The notes under the pieces were generated by a model. The model did not search any database. It was given only the letters and a program-made list of their open reading frames with translations, and was not told the DNA's origin. A DNA stretch of 64,000 bases from Nitrospirota bacterium (GTDB taxonomy: Bacteria; Nitrospirota; UBA9217): NCBI GenBank assembly GCA_963818475.1, contig CAWFSF010000001.1:64001-128000 (forward strand), written 5' to 3'. Positions 19,907 through 31,748 of the stretch are shown piece after piece; position 1 is the stretch's first letter, and every line of letters begins with the position of its first letter. The translations under genes and the position numbers were made by a program.

Positions 19907-21350
19907 AAATCCTGTTCGCGGCATCCGAGGCGGCTCCCTTTGCCAAGACCGGCGGCCTCGCGGACGTCGCCGGAAGCCTCCCGCCCGCCCTGGCAGCGCT
20001 GGGACACGATGTCCGTGTCGTCATCCCTCGATACCGATGCGTTGACCGGGAACGGTTCAAGCTGCGCTCCGTTGCGGCCTTCTATGTGCCGGTCGGGGCA
20101 TGGAAGGAACGCTGCGAGATCCTCACGGGCAGGATGGACAGCCGCGTCAAGGCATACTTCGTTCAAAACGATCGTTACTTCGACCGCCCGGGGCTCTACG
20201 GCACTGCGCAGAGCGACTATGCGGACAATGCCGAGCGGTTCCTCTTTTTCTCACGGGCATCCCTGGAGCTTTGCCGCGCCCTGGATTTCACGCCGGACAT
20301 CGTCCACTGCAACGATTGGCAGACCGGATTCATGCCGCTCTATCTGGACCGGCTCTATCGGAGCGATGCCCGGTTCAGGCATACACGCTCAGTCTTTACG
20401 GTGCATAACCTGGGATATCAGGGGCTGTTCTGGCATTGGGACATGGGACTCACCGGCCTTGGCTGGGAGGAGTTCACGCCCGAGGGCGTCGAGTTCTTCG
20501 GGAAGATCAATTTTATGAAGGCCGGCCTTGTTGCCGCCGACCTGATCACGACCGTGAGCAAGACCTACAGCCGCGAGATCCAGACCGCCGGAGAACGGCC
20601 ACGGCCTGGACGGCGTGCTCGCAAAGCGAGCGACATGACCTTTTCGGCGTCGTGAACGGCATCGACTACCGGTTCTGGGACCCGGCGCATGATCGGGACA
20701 TTCCCCGGACATTCAGCGCGACCCGCCTTGCTGGCAAGACCTTCTGCCGGAAGGAGCTGAAGCGCACCCTTGGCCTTGCCCCCGGCGATGCCCCGCTCAT
20801 CGGCATGGTCACCCGCCTTGCGGCACAGAAGGGGCTGGACATCGTGGCTGACGCCCTGCCGGCGATCATGGCCTCGGGAGCGCAGCTGGTGGTGCTCGGC
20901 ACCGGCGATGAGACCTATCAAAAGCTGCTCACGGATGCAAGCAGGCGTTATCCCGACCGCATGCGCATTCTGCTCCAGTACGACGAAAAGCTTGCAAAGC
21001 AGATCTATGCCGGGTGCGACATGTTCCTCATGCCGTCTCACTACGAACCCTGCGGCCTGAGCCAGATGATCTCCCTGCGCTACGGCACGGTCCCCATCGT
21101 GCGGAAGACCGGCGGGCTGGCCGACACGGTGGAGGACTACCATCCGCGCTCCGGCCGTGGCACCGGATTCGTTTTCGACGAGTACTCGCCAGGCGCGCTT
21201 ATCCGCTGCTTGGACCGGGCGATCGCCGCCTATACCGACGTCGCTGCATGGCATCGCCTGATGCAGGCCGGCATGAAACAGGATTTTTCCTGGCAGCATT
21301 CGGCAAAGGAATATGAGTCGATCTACCGGAAGGCGATGAAAAGAAAATAG
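19903..21350 (+). CDS. glgA: Glycogen synthase, frameshifted
   Basis: KTGGLADV, HCNDWQ, HNLGYQG, MPSHYEPCGLSQM, RKTGGLADTV. Confidence 0.95.
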
Positions 21351-21467
21351 GGTTCAGCGTACAGGGGTCAGGGTTCAGGTAAAAGAATACGAACATTTCT
21401 CCGGACCCCGCCTCTGGACTCTAACTCTGAACCCTGAACCCTGTACCCCGGACCCTGGACCCTGCCC
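21351..21467. repeat. Inverted array of 7-bp units (GGGTTCA / TGAACCC)
   Basis: GGTTCAGCGTACAGGGGTCAGGGTTCAGG ... CTGAACCCTGAACCCTGTACCCCGGACCCTGGACCC. Confidence 0.85.
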
Positions 21468-21470
21468 CTT

Positions 21471-23870
21471 ATGGATACCGTAGAAAAAATAGAACTGAGC
21501 ATCCTGAGCGAGATCAGCAAGATCTCGAACTCCGGCGCCAACCTTTCGCAAAAGCTGCACCGCATCGTCGAAGTGGTAGCGCGGGGCATGGGCAGGGAAG
21601 GCGCTTCGGTCTTCCTCATCGACAGCTCCGGCAAGAACGTTACCCTTGCTGCAGCGATCGGCCTGAACCAGGAGACGGTCGGCAAGCTGAGCTTTCCGGT
21701 CGGCATGGGTATCGCCGGGTGGGTGGCCGAGCAGAAGGTGCCGCTCGCGCTGGAGGACCCCTATTCGGACCCGCGGTTCCAGTACGTCCCTGAATCAGGC
21801 ATTGGACAGTTCAAATCGCTGGTGGCCGCCCCGATCCAGGACGAAGACCGCTGTCTTGGCGTTATCTTCGTCCTGTCGTCCTCGGTCTGGAATGCAACGT
21901 CGTCCGATATCATGCTGCTCACAACCACGGCGAACCAGCTCAGCGGGGTCATCAGAAACGCCCAGCTCTTCCAGAGCATCCAGGAGCGCCTTTCCGAACT
22001 GTCCACCATCTACGAGATCGGCAAAGCGCTCACCTCCACGCTCGATGTAGACCAGCTCCTGTCGCTGATCGCCAAGAACAGCACCCAGGCGCTCCACGCA
22101 AAAAGCTGCGCCATCAGGCTGCTGAACCGGCCCGGGAAAAACGTTCTCTATACGACGCTCTCGTCAGGCCCTGCCGATAACGCGGTCAGGGATATGGATA
22201 CCCGGCTCGGAGATCTGGTGACCGCACAGATCCTTCGGGAGCGGAAACCGCTGCTCGTGAAGGACGTGACGCTGGAGCCCCTCTTCCACGACGTGGCCGG
22301 CCTGACTGTCGGATCTCTCATCGGCGTTCAGCTCATCTTTCACGATTCGGTGATCGGGACCATCACGCTCTACGACAAGCAGGAAGGCCAGCCGTTCGAC
22401 GATGACGACCTTCAGTTCCTGACGACAATCGCAAGCAGCGCTGCCGTGGCAGTCGAGAACGCGGTCATGTACGAGCGAATGGAGGATTATGCTACCGAGG
22501 CGCGGCGCCGCGCCGAGGAGCTCTCGATCCTCTACGACATCGGCACGGCCATGAGCACGACCCTGAACCTCGACCGCCTGCTCCGGATCATCATGACGGC
22601 GGCGACCATGGGCGGCAGCGGACTCGGCTTTAACCGGGCCATCCTGCTCCTGACCAACGAGCGTACGAACACGCTTCAGGGCATGATGGGAGTCGGCCCC
22701 ACCAGCTGGGAAGAGGCCGGGCGCGCATGGGGCGAGGTCGTCGGCAAGCATAAGAGCCTGCTGGAATGGATCCAGACCGGCGAGCTGTTCAACAATCGCG
22801 ATTCCGAGCTGAACACACTTGCGCGCGGCATCCGTGTCCAGCTGACACCCGGGGACAGCGTGCTGGCGCTCACGGTCTTGAACAAGCAGCCCTACAATAT
22901 CGTGGACGCGCCCACGAGCCACATCGTGAACAAGGAACTGCGGGAGCGGCTGAGGGTCCAGAGCTTCGCAACGGTCCCCCTGATCGCCAAGGACCGGGTC
23001 ATCGGCGTCATCTATGTGGACAACATGTTTAACGAGCGGCCGATCACGGACAACGATATCCGCTTCCTGACCATGTTCGCCCATCAGTCAGCTCTAGCCA
23101 TCGAGAATGCGATCATCCACTCGAACCTGGAAACGCTGAACAAGGATCTGCGCTCCATGCATGAACAGCTGGTCCAATCCGAGAAAATGGCCGCCCTCGG
23201 CGCAATGATGGCCGAGATCACCCACGAGATCAGGAATCCCCTGGTCTCGATCGGCGGTTTCACCCGCCGTCTGGCGAAGAAGATCCAGGACCCTGAGGAA
23301 AAAAAGTACATCGATATCATTATGAGCGAGGTGACGCGGCTTGAGGCGATCATCCATGATAACCTTTCTTACATCAAGGAAATGTCCCCTCATCTCAACG
23401 AAGTGGACCTGAACAACCTGGTCGGCGACACGCTGATGCTGTACGAGGACGAACTCGTCCAGCGCGGCATCAAGCTCGAAAGGACGCTCTCACCTTCGCA
23501 TCCGGTCCTCATGCTCGACGCACAGCAGATCAAACAGGCGCTCATCAATATCATCAAGAACGCCATTGAGGCAATGACGAGCGGCGGAGTGCTCAGTATT
23601 ACGACCAGCGACCTTCCTGAAACGCAAGAGGCCGCGCTTGAGATCAGCGACACCGGCCCGGGCATCCCGGAAAAGGTCCGGAATAACATCTTTAATCCAT
23701 ATTATACGACCAAAACGCTCGGCACGGGACTGGGACTGTCGATCACGAACAGGATCATCAAATCGCACCATGGACGGATCGAGGTCAGGAACCGGGAGAG
23801 CGGCGGCGCAGCGTTCACAATCCGGCTGCCGTACCGTCCGAACGAAGAGCTCCATCGCCAGCACGGATAA
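21471..23870 (+). CDS. Cytoplasmic three-GAF sensor histidine kinase
   Basis: Three GAF-like segments, H-box HEIRNPL, N-box NIIKNAIEA, DTGPGI, GTGLGL. Confidence 0.93.
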   Translation: MDTVEKIELSILSEISKISNSGANLSQKLHRIVEVVARGMGREGASVFLIDSSGKNVTLAAAIGLNQETVGKLSFPVGMGIAGWVAEQKVPLALEDPYSDPRFQYVPESGIGQFKSLVAAPIQDEDRCLGVIFVLSSSVWNATSSDIMLLTTTANQLSGVIRNAQLFQSIQERLSELSTIYEIGKALTSTLDVDQLLSLIAKNSTQALHAKSCAIRLLNRPGKNVLYTTLSSGPADNAVRDMDTRLGDLVTAQILRERKPLLVKDVTLEPLFHDVAGLTVGSLIGVQLIFHDSVIGTITLYDKQEGQPFDDDDLQFLTTIASSAAVAVENAVMYERMEDYATEARRRAEELSILYDIGTAMSTTLNLDRLLRIIMTAATMGGSGLGFNRAILLLTNERTNTLQGMMGVGPTSWEEAGRAWGEVVGKHKSLLEWIQTGELFNNRDSELNTLARGIRVQLTPGDSVLALTVLNKQPYNIVDAPTSHIVNKELRERLRVQSFATVPLIAKDRVIGVIYVDNMFNERPITDNDIRFLTMFAHQSALAIENAIIHSNLETLNKDLRSMHEQLVQSEKMAALGAMMAEITHEIRNPLVSIGGFTRRLAKKIQDPEEKKYIDIIMSEVTRLEAIIHDNLSYIKEMSPHLNEVDLNNLVGDTLMLYEDELVQRGIKLERTLSPSHPVLMLDAQQIKQALINIIKNAIEAMTSGGVLSITTSDLPETQEAALEISDTGPGIPEKVRNNIFNPYYTTKTLGTGLGLSITNRIIKSHHGRIEVRNRESGGAAFTIRLPYRPNEELHRQHG

Positions 23871-23944
23871 CGCTTGGACGAAACACCGGCAGCAGCGGTA
23901 TACTAAGAAGGTCGGCAGTTATTCTTTCGACGGAGGAATGGTAC

Positions 23945-24295
23945 ATGAAAAAGATCCTGGTTGTCGATGATGAGGAAAATATCCGCATGCTGTATAAAGA
24001 GGAGCTCGAAGACCTCGGCTATGAGGTCACGGCCGTGGAGGACGGGTCGAAGGCGCTTGAGGCCATGAAGACCACGCGGTTCGACCTGGTCACCCTGGAC
24101 ATGCGCATGAAGGATGTGGACGGCATCGAGACGCTCCGCCGCATGAAGGAAATGGACAGCACCATCCCGGTCATCATCTCCACGGCCTACGAAGAATATA
24201 AACATGATTTCGGCAGCTGGTGCTCCGATGCCTATGTGGTCAAATCCGCCGACATGTCGTCGTTGCGCGATACCATCAAGAAGATCCTGGGATGA
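23945..24295 (+). CDS. Single-domain response regulator
   Basis: ILVVDDE, DLVTLDMRM, ISTAY, YVVK. Confidence 0.93.
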   Translation: MKKILVVDDEENIRMLYKEELEDLGYEVTAVEDGSKALEAMKTTRFDLVTLDMRMKDVDGIETLRRMKEMDSTIPVIISTAYEEYKHDFGSWCSDAYVVKSADMSSLRDTIKKILG

Positions 24296-25581
24296 GCGAA
24301 CAGGTCGAGGTGGTCATCGAGAAGCTTGTCTACGGCGGCAGCGGGCTGGCCCGTCTCGCCGACGGACAGACGGTATTTGTCCCCGGCGTGCTGCCGGGAG
24401 AACGGGTCCGGGCGAACATCAGGAAAAAACGGAAAGGCGTGCTCGAGGCCGCGCTGGTCGAGGTCCTGACGCCCTCCCGCGACCGCATCGACCCGCCGTG
24501 CGCGGGCGAGCAGCAGTGTACCGGAGCCACCTGGCCGCATATCGCCTACCCCGCGCAGCTCAGACTGAAGGAGGAGATCCTGCTGGACAGCCTGAAGCGG
24601 ACCGGCGGCATGGCGCCGAAGCGGCCGCTTTCCATCCTCCCCTCCCCGCGCCCCGATCACTACCGGCTGCGCACCCAGTTCAATGTCCGCATGAAGGACC
24701 GGAAGCAGCGCATCGGGTTCTTCCGCCAGGGGTCCTATGACCTGATCGAGGTCACCGCACCGTTCCTCATCCATCCCCTCATCGACCGGGTGCTCACCCA
24801 GATGAGGACGATGGTGGAGCGGCTCCCCCTGCTGCAGGAGATCCATATCAACATCAGCCCGGCCAATGAGGCCCATCTCCTTCTGTTCTCGGCGCTGCAG
24901 TCCTATCCTTCCATGGACGGTTTTTTCAATGATCTCCACAAGGCCGTTCCCGAGGTCATCGGCATGACCGGATTCGCCGGCAGAAAAAAGGTCTTTTCCC
25001 TCGGAAAGAACCAGCTGACGCTCGATATGGAAGGAATAACGCTCAAGGCAACCGAGGGGAACTTCTACCAGGTGAACTGGGAGCAGAACCGGAACATGGT
25101 GCGCACGGTGCTGGACTTTGCTGCGGTCACGAGCAGCGACACCGTGCTGGACCTTTACTGCGGCATCGGCAATTTTTCCCTCCCGCTCGCACACCGGGCA
25201 AAGGGTGTCATCGGCATCGAATCGGGCTTCTCCGCCATCGAGGACGCGAAGGCGAATGCAGCGCTGAACCGTATCACGAACACCGAGTTCATCGCTGATG
25301 ATATGGACAAGGGACTGAAGACGCTGCTGGCACGCAAAATACGCGCTGACGTGATCATTCTCGATCCGCCCCGGGCCGGCGCCACGCTCAAGACCCTCGA
25401 ACGGGTCCTGGCGTTCGTGCCCAAAAAGATCATCTACGTCTCGTGCAACCCGTCAACCCTGGCACGGGACCTGAAGTTCTTTCACCTCTTCGGTTTCCGC
25501 CTTGACCGTCTCCAGCCCGTGGACATGTTCCCCTATACCTATCACATCGAATGCGTGGCAGAAATGGTGCGGGAGGAGTAG
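24292..25581 (+). CDS. rlmD: 23S rRNA (uracil-5)-methyltransferase RlmD/TrmA family
   Basis: TRAM N-terminus, FYQVN, LDLYCGIG, DPPRAG, YVSCNPSTLARD, DMFPYT.HIE. Confidence 0.92.
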   Translation: MSEQVEVVIEKLVYGGSGLARLADGQTVFVPGVLPGERVRANIRKKRKGVLEAALVEVLTPSRDRIDPPCAGEQQCTGATWPHIAYPAQLRLKEEILLDSLKRTGGMAPKRPLSILPSPRPDHYRLRTQFNVRMKDRKQRIGFFRQGSYDLIEVTAPFLIHPLIDRVLTQMRTMVERLPLLQEIHINISPANEAHLLLFSALQSYPSMDGFFNDLHKAVPEVIGMTGFAGRKKVFSLGKNQLTLDMEGITLKATEGNFYQVNWEQNRNMVRTVLDFAAVTSSDTVLDLYCGIGNFSLPLAHRAKGVIGIESGFSAIEDAKANAALNRITNTEFIADDMDKGLKTLLARKIRADVIILDPPRAGATLKTLERVLAFVPKKIIYVSCNPSTLARDLKFFHLFGFRLDRLQPVDMFPYTYHIECVAEMVREE

Positions 25582-25610
25582 AAGCACCCTCCGGCTGGTC
25601 GCTGAAAAAG

Positions 25611-25636
25611 CGCACCGGAGGTGTCTCCTCCGGTGC
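25611..25636. terminator. GC-rich hairpin after rlmD
   Basis: GCACCGGAGG-TGTCT-CCTCCGGTGC; no strong U-tract. Confidence 0.45.
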
Positions 25637-25837
25637 TGGAGATATACGACCTTAGTAGTATTGACCTTCCCGCTGCACTCTCCTACACTAATAGTAATAC
25701 TATTTTCCAAATCCATTCCTGAGCGGACTCTGTTGCGGGTCAGGCAACGGTGATACCGTGAAGGGGCACTCAATCCTGGCGCGCAGCAGTCCAGTGTCAT
25801 CCGCGGTTACGGTTGATCCATGCATAAGGGAGAACCG

Positions 25838-26641
25838 ATGAAAAAAATGCTCATGATAGGTTTGCTCATCCTCGCTGTTGCAGGGATCGCACTTGCACAA
25901 ACAGGCATGAAAAAAAAACGGCCGCTCCCCTATGATTACGGCAGGATCGTGCTGAATAATTTTTCGGAGAAAGCCTCGCTTTCGCCGGTGGTCTTCGATC
26001 ACTGGCTGCACCGGGCAAAATTCACCTGCAGGCTTTGCCATGTGGACCTGGCCTTTGCCATGAAAGAGGGCGCCACGGGTATCAAGGCGTCGGACAACAT
26101 GAGCGGATATTATTGTGGAGCCTGCCACGCGGAAAAGGCGATCGCCGGCACCAGGGTGTTCGGGTCCTGCTCGAATAAAAAGATGTCGCCTGATGAAGCC
26201 AGATCATGCGAGCGGTGCCACTCCTATGGAAAGGCTGTTCATCATGAGTACGACTTCAGCCGGTTCACCGCCGCTTTCCCCCGGGAGCGGTTAGGCAACG
26301 GCGTTAACTGGGAAAAGACGGAAGCCGACGGGTTGATACAGCCCATTGACTTCCTCGAGGGGATATCCATGAAGCGTCAATCCCTGACGGCCCAGAAGGA
26401 TTTTGCACTGAGTGCTAAAATGGAAAACATGCCGGACATCATGTTCTCTCATAAAAAACATACGGTCTGGAGCGGATGCGAGCTCTGCCACCCGGAGATC
26501 TTCCTGGGCGTGAAGAAGGGTGCGACAAAATACTCCATGCTGGAGATCTTCGAAGGCAGGTACTGCGGCGTGTGCCACGGCACCGTGGCATTCCCCCTGC
26601 TCGATTGCCAGCGGTGTCACACCAGGCCCGTGCAATCCTAG
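25838..26641 (+). CDS. Hexaheme c-type cytochrome (two c7-like triheme units)
   Basis: Signal peptide; CRLCH, CGACH, CERCH, CELCH, CGVCH, CQRCH; VFDHWLH and FSHKKH. Confidence 0.9.
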   Translation: MKKMLMIGLLILAVAGIALAQTGMKKKRPLPYDYGRIVLNNFSEKASLSPVVFDHWLHRAKFTCRLCHVDLAFAMKEGATGIKASDNMSGYYCGACHAEKAIAGTRVFGSCSNKKMSPDEARSCERCHSYGKAVHHEYDFSRFTAAFPRERLGNGVNWEKTEADGLIQPIDFLEGISMKRQSLTAQKDFALSAKMENMPDIMFSHKKHTVWSGCELCHPEIFLGVKKGATKYSMLEIFEGRYCGVCHGTVAFPLLDCQRCHTRPVQS

Positions 26642-26675
26642 AGCATCTCCGGTCTTCCCTGGACCTCAGGAAGGA

Positions 26676-27011
26676 ATGCTGATGAACCGATCGCTGGTTT
26701 TGGCAGTCATATTGTACGCCGCCATGACGCCGTCCCTGTCGCTGGGAGGCGTACCGGATGAAACAGCCGGCGGATCGGCCCCGGCATATGCAGCGGGGGA
26801 ATGGAAGGATGAGTTTGAGGATATCTGTTCCCGGACGCAGGATGCCATGGTGTTCAGCACCGAGGAGCTGAAAAGCCTGATCAGCCGATGTGATGCTCTC
26901 AAGCGGCAGGTGGAGAAGCTCGAGCAGCCGCATCGTAAGATAATGCTCAAAAGGCTCCAGATGTGCCGCGACATGTATTCATACGTGCTTCGTTCCAAGG
27001 AGAGCAACTAG
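26676..27011 (+). CDS. Secreted helical hypothetical protein
   Basis: RBS AGGA, signal peptide, WKDEFEDICSRT motif, three Cys. Confidence 0.7.
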   Translation: MLMNRSLVLAVILYAAMTPSLSLGGVPDETAGGSAPAYAAGEWKDEFEDICSRTQDAMVFSTEELKSLISRCDALKRQVEKLEQPHRKIMLKRLQMCRDMYSYVLRSKESN

Positions 27012-27014
27012 CCG

Positions 27015-27806
27015 ATGCAGCCGAGAGCATGGACAGGAATATTTTTTTGTACCTTCGCTTTTACCCTTACGGCCAGCGCGTGGAACATGCCTGTTCCTCA
27101 GAAGTATGGCAGCGTTGTTATTCGGAACTTTTCCGGAAAAGCGGGTCTCAAACCGGTCAGATTCGAGCACTGGCTCCACCGGTCGCTCTACACCTGCAGG
27201 CTCTGCCATGTAGACATCGGTTTTGCCATGCAGGCCAATGCCACTGAGATCAGCGCGGAAACAAACCAGAAAGGCTTTTATTGCGGCGCCTGCCACAACG
27301 GCACGAGAACGTTCTCCGGAAGGACGATCTTTTCGTCCTGTTCTCTGTCTCCATCGTCGTCAGCAGTCGATACCTGCGACCGGTGCCACTCCGCGGGGAT
27401 GATGAGTACAAAACGCTATGACTATGAAGTCTTTGCGACACGTCTTCCCAAGCGGTTAGGATATCTCATTGACTGGGAAGCGGCCGAAGCCCGGGGGCTC
27501 ATTCGGCCTGTTGATATCCTGGACGGCATTTCCATGCAGCGTACGCCGTTGAGCGCCCAAAAAGACTTTTCCATTACGTCGAAAAGCACCTGGATGCCTG
27601 ACATCATCTTCTCACATAGAAAACACGCTCTCTGGAATGGCTGCGAGGTCTGCCATCCTGAAATATTTCCGAGCACAAAAAAAGGCACGGTAAAATATTC
27701 CATGCTCCAGATCTCCGACGGCCAGTACTGCGGCCTTTGCCACGGCCGAGTTGCGTTTCCGTTGAACGACTGCCAGCAGTGCCACATCGATCCGGTCCGG
27801 CAATAG
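27015..27806 (+). CDS. Hexaheme c-type cytochrome, paralog of 25838-26641
   Basis: CRLCH, CGACH, CDRCH, CEVCH, CGLCH, CQQCH. Confidence 0.9.
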   Translation: MQPRAWTGIFFCTFAFTLTASAWNMPVPQKYGSVVIRNFSGKAGLKPVRFEHWLHRSLYTCRLCHVDIGFAMQANATEISAETNQKGFYCGACHNGTRTFSGRTIFSSCSLSPSSSAVDTCDRCHSAGMMSTKRYDYEVFATRLPKRLGYLIDWEAAEARGLIRPVDILDGISMQRTPLSAQKDFSITSKSTWMPDIIFSHRKHALWNGCEVCHPEIFPSTKKGTVKYSMLQISDGQYCGLCHGRVAFPLNDCQQCHIDPVRQ

Positions 27807-28036
27807 CACCGTCCGCCACTCAATAGTTCTTCGTATCTTTTATGGCCATCCGTGCCATATTTGAGCAGCACGATCGCATAAAGAAGCCGTATCCTCAGCC
27901 TGCCGCTGGGTAGGGAATCTATTTCTGGAAATTTCATAGCAGGATAAGGTGGCCGGATCGGCCGGGTTACTAAGGAGTGAAGAAGGCAGACGATCTCAAG
28001 AAGTAACTGACGCATGGACCAATGATGAGGGAAGTT

Positions 28037-28847
28037 TTACTGCTGCACCAGATATCCGTACTCTCCCGGCCGCCGCTGCCGTAGGAATCCCCAGGTCTCC
28101 GCTGCTGCAGCGCGCTCTTTCGAGGTCAATATCGGCAAGCACGATAGCCTCCTTGCTGCCGGCCAGTTCAGAGATCATTTCCCCCCAGGGGTCGATGCAA
28201 AAGCTTCTTCCGTAGAAACTGAGCTTGCCGTCCTGTCCCACGCGGTTCACCCGGAAAACAAAGAGGTTGTTCGCGAAGGCATTCGCCGCGATCGCCCGCT
28301 CCCAGAGCGTATGGGTGTTCAGCGCAGCCGCTGTGGGCGCGAACACGATCTCGGCGCCTTTGAGCGCCAGGATGCGGCTGCCTTCGGGAAAGAGGTTGTC
28401 CCAGCACATCTGAATGCCGATCCTGCCCTGCGATGTCTCAAATACGGGAAAACCGGCATCGCCGGAAGAGAAATAGAATTGTTCGTGATAGAGCGGCAGG
28501 TTCAGAACATGGACCTTGCGATAGACGCCGAGAAGCGTGCCCTGGTCGAAGACAGCCGTGCTGTTGTAATATTTGCCTTCAGCAGCTTCGAAAAAAGGGA
28601 CCACCAGCACCGCATTGGCCTTCTTTGAGGCCTCGGCAAAAGGAGCGAGCGTTCCTGACGAAGCAGCCTGGGCAAGAGAGAACGATTCCTTATCCTCCTG
28701 CCCGGGGAACCAGGGGAGAAGGAACAGTTCGGGAAAGGCGATGATCGCAGCGCCCTTCTCAGCCGCCACCTCGATCATGTCCACAGCACGCTGGACGTTT
28801 TTTTGCACATCGACGCCCGCATTCATCTGTATCCCGGCTATTCTCAT
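28037..28847 (-). CDS. Carbon-nitrogen hydrolase (N-carbamoylputrescine amidase-like)
   Basis: FPELF, YRKVH, MCWDN catalytic Glu-Lys-Cys; 3' indel, alternative frame ends RRPGEYGYLVQQ. Confidence 0.88.
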
Positions 28848-28854
28848 AGTTTAA

Positions 28855-28964
28855 CGGTGAATGGGTGAATGGGTGAAGCGGTGAGTTGTCTTCGTGCTTT
28901 CCGCTCTATGCATGCCAATTCCCCAATTCCCCCATTCACCTATTCACCGATTTACCGATTTACC
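28855..28964. repeat. Inverted array of 8-bp units (GGTGAATG / ATTCACC)
   Basis: GGTGAATGGGTGAATGGGTGAAGCGGTGA ... CATTCACCTATTCACCGATTTACCGATTTACC. Confidence 0.85.
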
Positions 28965-28968
28965 TGCA

Positions 28969-31603
28969 CTACTTCCCGTGGCACTTCTTGTATTTCTTTC
29001 CGCTACCGCAGGGGCAGGGATCGTTGCGCCCCGTCTTCTTCTCGCTATGGACCGGCGCGGGCGCCGCGGCGGCCGCATCGCCGGCGCCGATGAAGTTGAG
29101 CTGCGCCAGCTGGCGCTTCTGCCTGCGCTCGATCTCTTCTTCCTGGCCTTTGGCGGCGCGGACGCGGAAAAGGTTCTCCACGGTCGTTTCGACGATGCGC
29201 AGCTTCATCTCCTCGAACATGTCGAAGCCTTCTTTTTTATACTCGATAAGCGGGTCTTTCTGGCCGTAGCCCCGGAGCCCGATGCCTTCCTTCAGGTGGT
29301 CCATGGCAAGCAGGTGGTCCTTCCACTGCTGGTCCACGGCCTGGAGCATGAACACCTTTTCGAGGTGCTGCATGAGTTCGCGGCCGACCTCCTGCTCCTT
29401 GTCCTCATAGCTCTTCTTCAGCGCGTCCCAGAGCTTGTCGCGGAACTCTTCCCGGGACAGCGTGTGAGGATCGGTGTCGGTCAGGCGATAGGAGAACTTG
29501 GCCGCCAGCGCGTCCCTGAGCCCGGTGATGTCCCAGGTCTCGGCATAGGCGTCCTCGGGGCAGTAAAATCCGATCACGCCATCGAAGAGGTCTTCGGCGA
29601 GGTTCAGCACCTCGTCCTTGAGGTCCGTCCCGGCCAGGATCTGGCGGCGCTGTTCATAGATCACCTTGCGCTGCTGGTTCATCACATCGTCATACTCGAG
29701 GATGTGCTTGCGCATGTCGAAGTTGTGGTCCTCGACCTTCTTCTGGGCGTTCTCGATGGCCCGCGACACCATGCGGTGCTCGATCGGCACATCCTCCTCC
29801 ATGCCGAGCTTGTTCATGAGCCCGGCAATGCGGTCGGACCCGAAGATCCTGAGCAGGTCGTCCTGGAGCGAGAGATAGAACCGGGACGAACCGGGGTCGC
29901 CCTGGCGTCCTGAACGCCCGCGCAGCTGGTTGTCGATCCGGCGGGATTCATGCCGCTCCGTGCCGAGAATATGCAGGCCTCCTGCAGCCAGCACCTTCTC
30001 CCGCTCGACAGCGCATTGCTCCTTGAACTGGGCGAGCGTCTTGTCCCATTCTTCCGGCGTGTACTCCTTCGCCTTCAGCGCCTGCCGTGTAAGGCCTTCG
30101 GCGTTTCCTCCCAGAACGATGTCGGTGCCGCGGCCCGCCATGTTGGTGGCGATCGTGACCTGACCGTACCGTCCTGCCTGGGCAACGATCTCGGCCTCCA
30201 TCTCGTGGTACTTGGCGTTCAGCACCGAGTGCTTGACGCCCTTCTTTTTGAGCAGCGTCGACAGGGTTTCTGACTTGACGATCGAAATGGTCCCGACGAG
30301 CACGGGCTGGCCGCTTTTGTTCCGCTCGGCGATCTCGTTGATCGCCGCCATGAACTTGCCTTCCTCGGTCTTGTAGATGAAATCGGGATTGTCGCCGCGG
30401 ATCATGGTGCGGTGCGTCGGGATGACCATGACATCGAGGTTGTAGATCTTCGAGAACTCCGCCGCCTCGGTCTCGGCCGTACCGGTCATGCCGCCAAGCT
30501 TGTTGTACAGCCGGAAGAAGTTCTGGAACGTGATCGAGGCAAGGGTCTGGTTCTCGTTCTCGATCTTGACGTCTTCCTTCGCCTCAATGGCCTGGTGCAG
30601 CCCGTCGCTCCAGCGCCGTCCCGGCATGAGCCTGCCCGTGAACTCGTCCACGATCATCACCTGGTCTTCCTTGACCACGTAATCCACGTCGCGATGGAAC
30701 AGCGTATGGGCCTTCAGGGCCTGATGCACGTGATGGACCAGGTCGACGTTCGCCGGATCGTAGAGGTTGCCGGCGCCGATCAGCTTCTCGACCTTGACGT
30801 TGCCTTCTTCGGTCAGGGCCACGGTCTTGGTCTTTTCCTCAATGGTGTAGTCGGTTTCCTTTTTCAGGCTGGGAATGATGCGGTTGATCTTGTAGTACTT
30901 GTCCGTGGAGTCTTCGGTGGGCCCGGAAATGATGAGCGGCGTCCGGGCCTCGTCGATCAGGATCGAATCGACCTCGTCGACGATGGCGAAGTTCAGTTCG
31001 CGCTGGGCATAGTCCCTCAGGTCGAACTTCATGTTGTCCCGAAGGTAATCGAAGCCGAACTCGTTGTTCGTGCCGTAGGTCACGTCAGCTCCGTAGGCTA
31101 CCTGACGCTGCTCGTCCGTGAGACCGTGAACGATGACGCCCACGGTCAGGCCCAGGAAGGTATAGACCGGCGACATCCATTGCGAGTCGCGCTTGGCGAG
31201 GTAGTCGTTCACGGTCACGACATGCACGCCCTTTCCCGTGAGCGCGTTCAGGTACACCGGCAGCGTGGCAACGAGGGTCTTGCCTTCACCGGTCTTCATC
31301 TCCGAGATCTTCCCCTGGTGGAGCACGATGCCGCCGATGAGCTGCACATCGAAATGCCGCATGCCGAGCGTCCGCTTCGAGGCCTCACGCACGACGGCAA
31401 AGGCCTCGGTCAAAAGATCGTCGAGCGATGCTCCCGCCTCAAGCCGTTTTTTGAACTCGTCGGTCTTTGCCCGAAGCTCCTGGTCCGTCAGAGCTGGAAA
31501 TGGCAGGCTCATAGGCATTGATCGCATCGACCAGGACCTGAAGGCGCTTCAGTTCCCGTTCGTTCTTGGTTCCCATTATTTTTTTCAGAATTGATCCGAT
31601 CAT
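28969..31603 (-). CDS. secA: Preprotein translocase subunit SecA (5' indel)
   Basis: [39 protein letters not shown]-terminal [19 protein letters not shown]. Confidence 0.97.
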
Positions 31604-31748
31604 CGACACCACTCTCCGATCCTACAGTAAAAATTGCATTGCACGGGATGGCCAAAGCGCTGATCTGTTGGCCAACCGCAAACACGCCGGTTATAGTATC
31701 ATTTTTATCGTCATAAATTCAAGAGAATTAATAAACCTAAAAAAAGCA

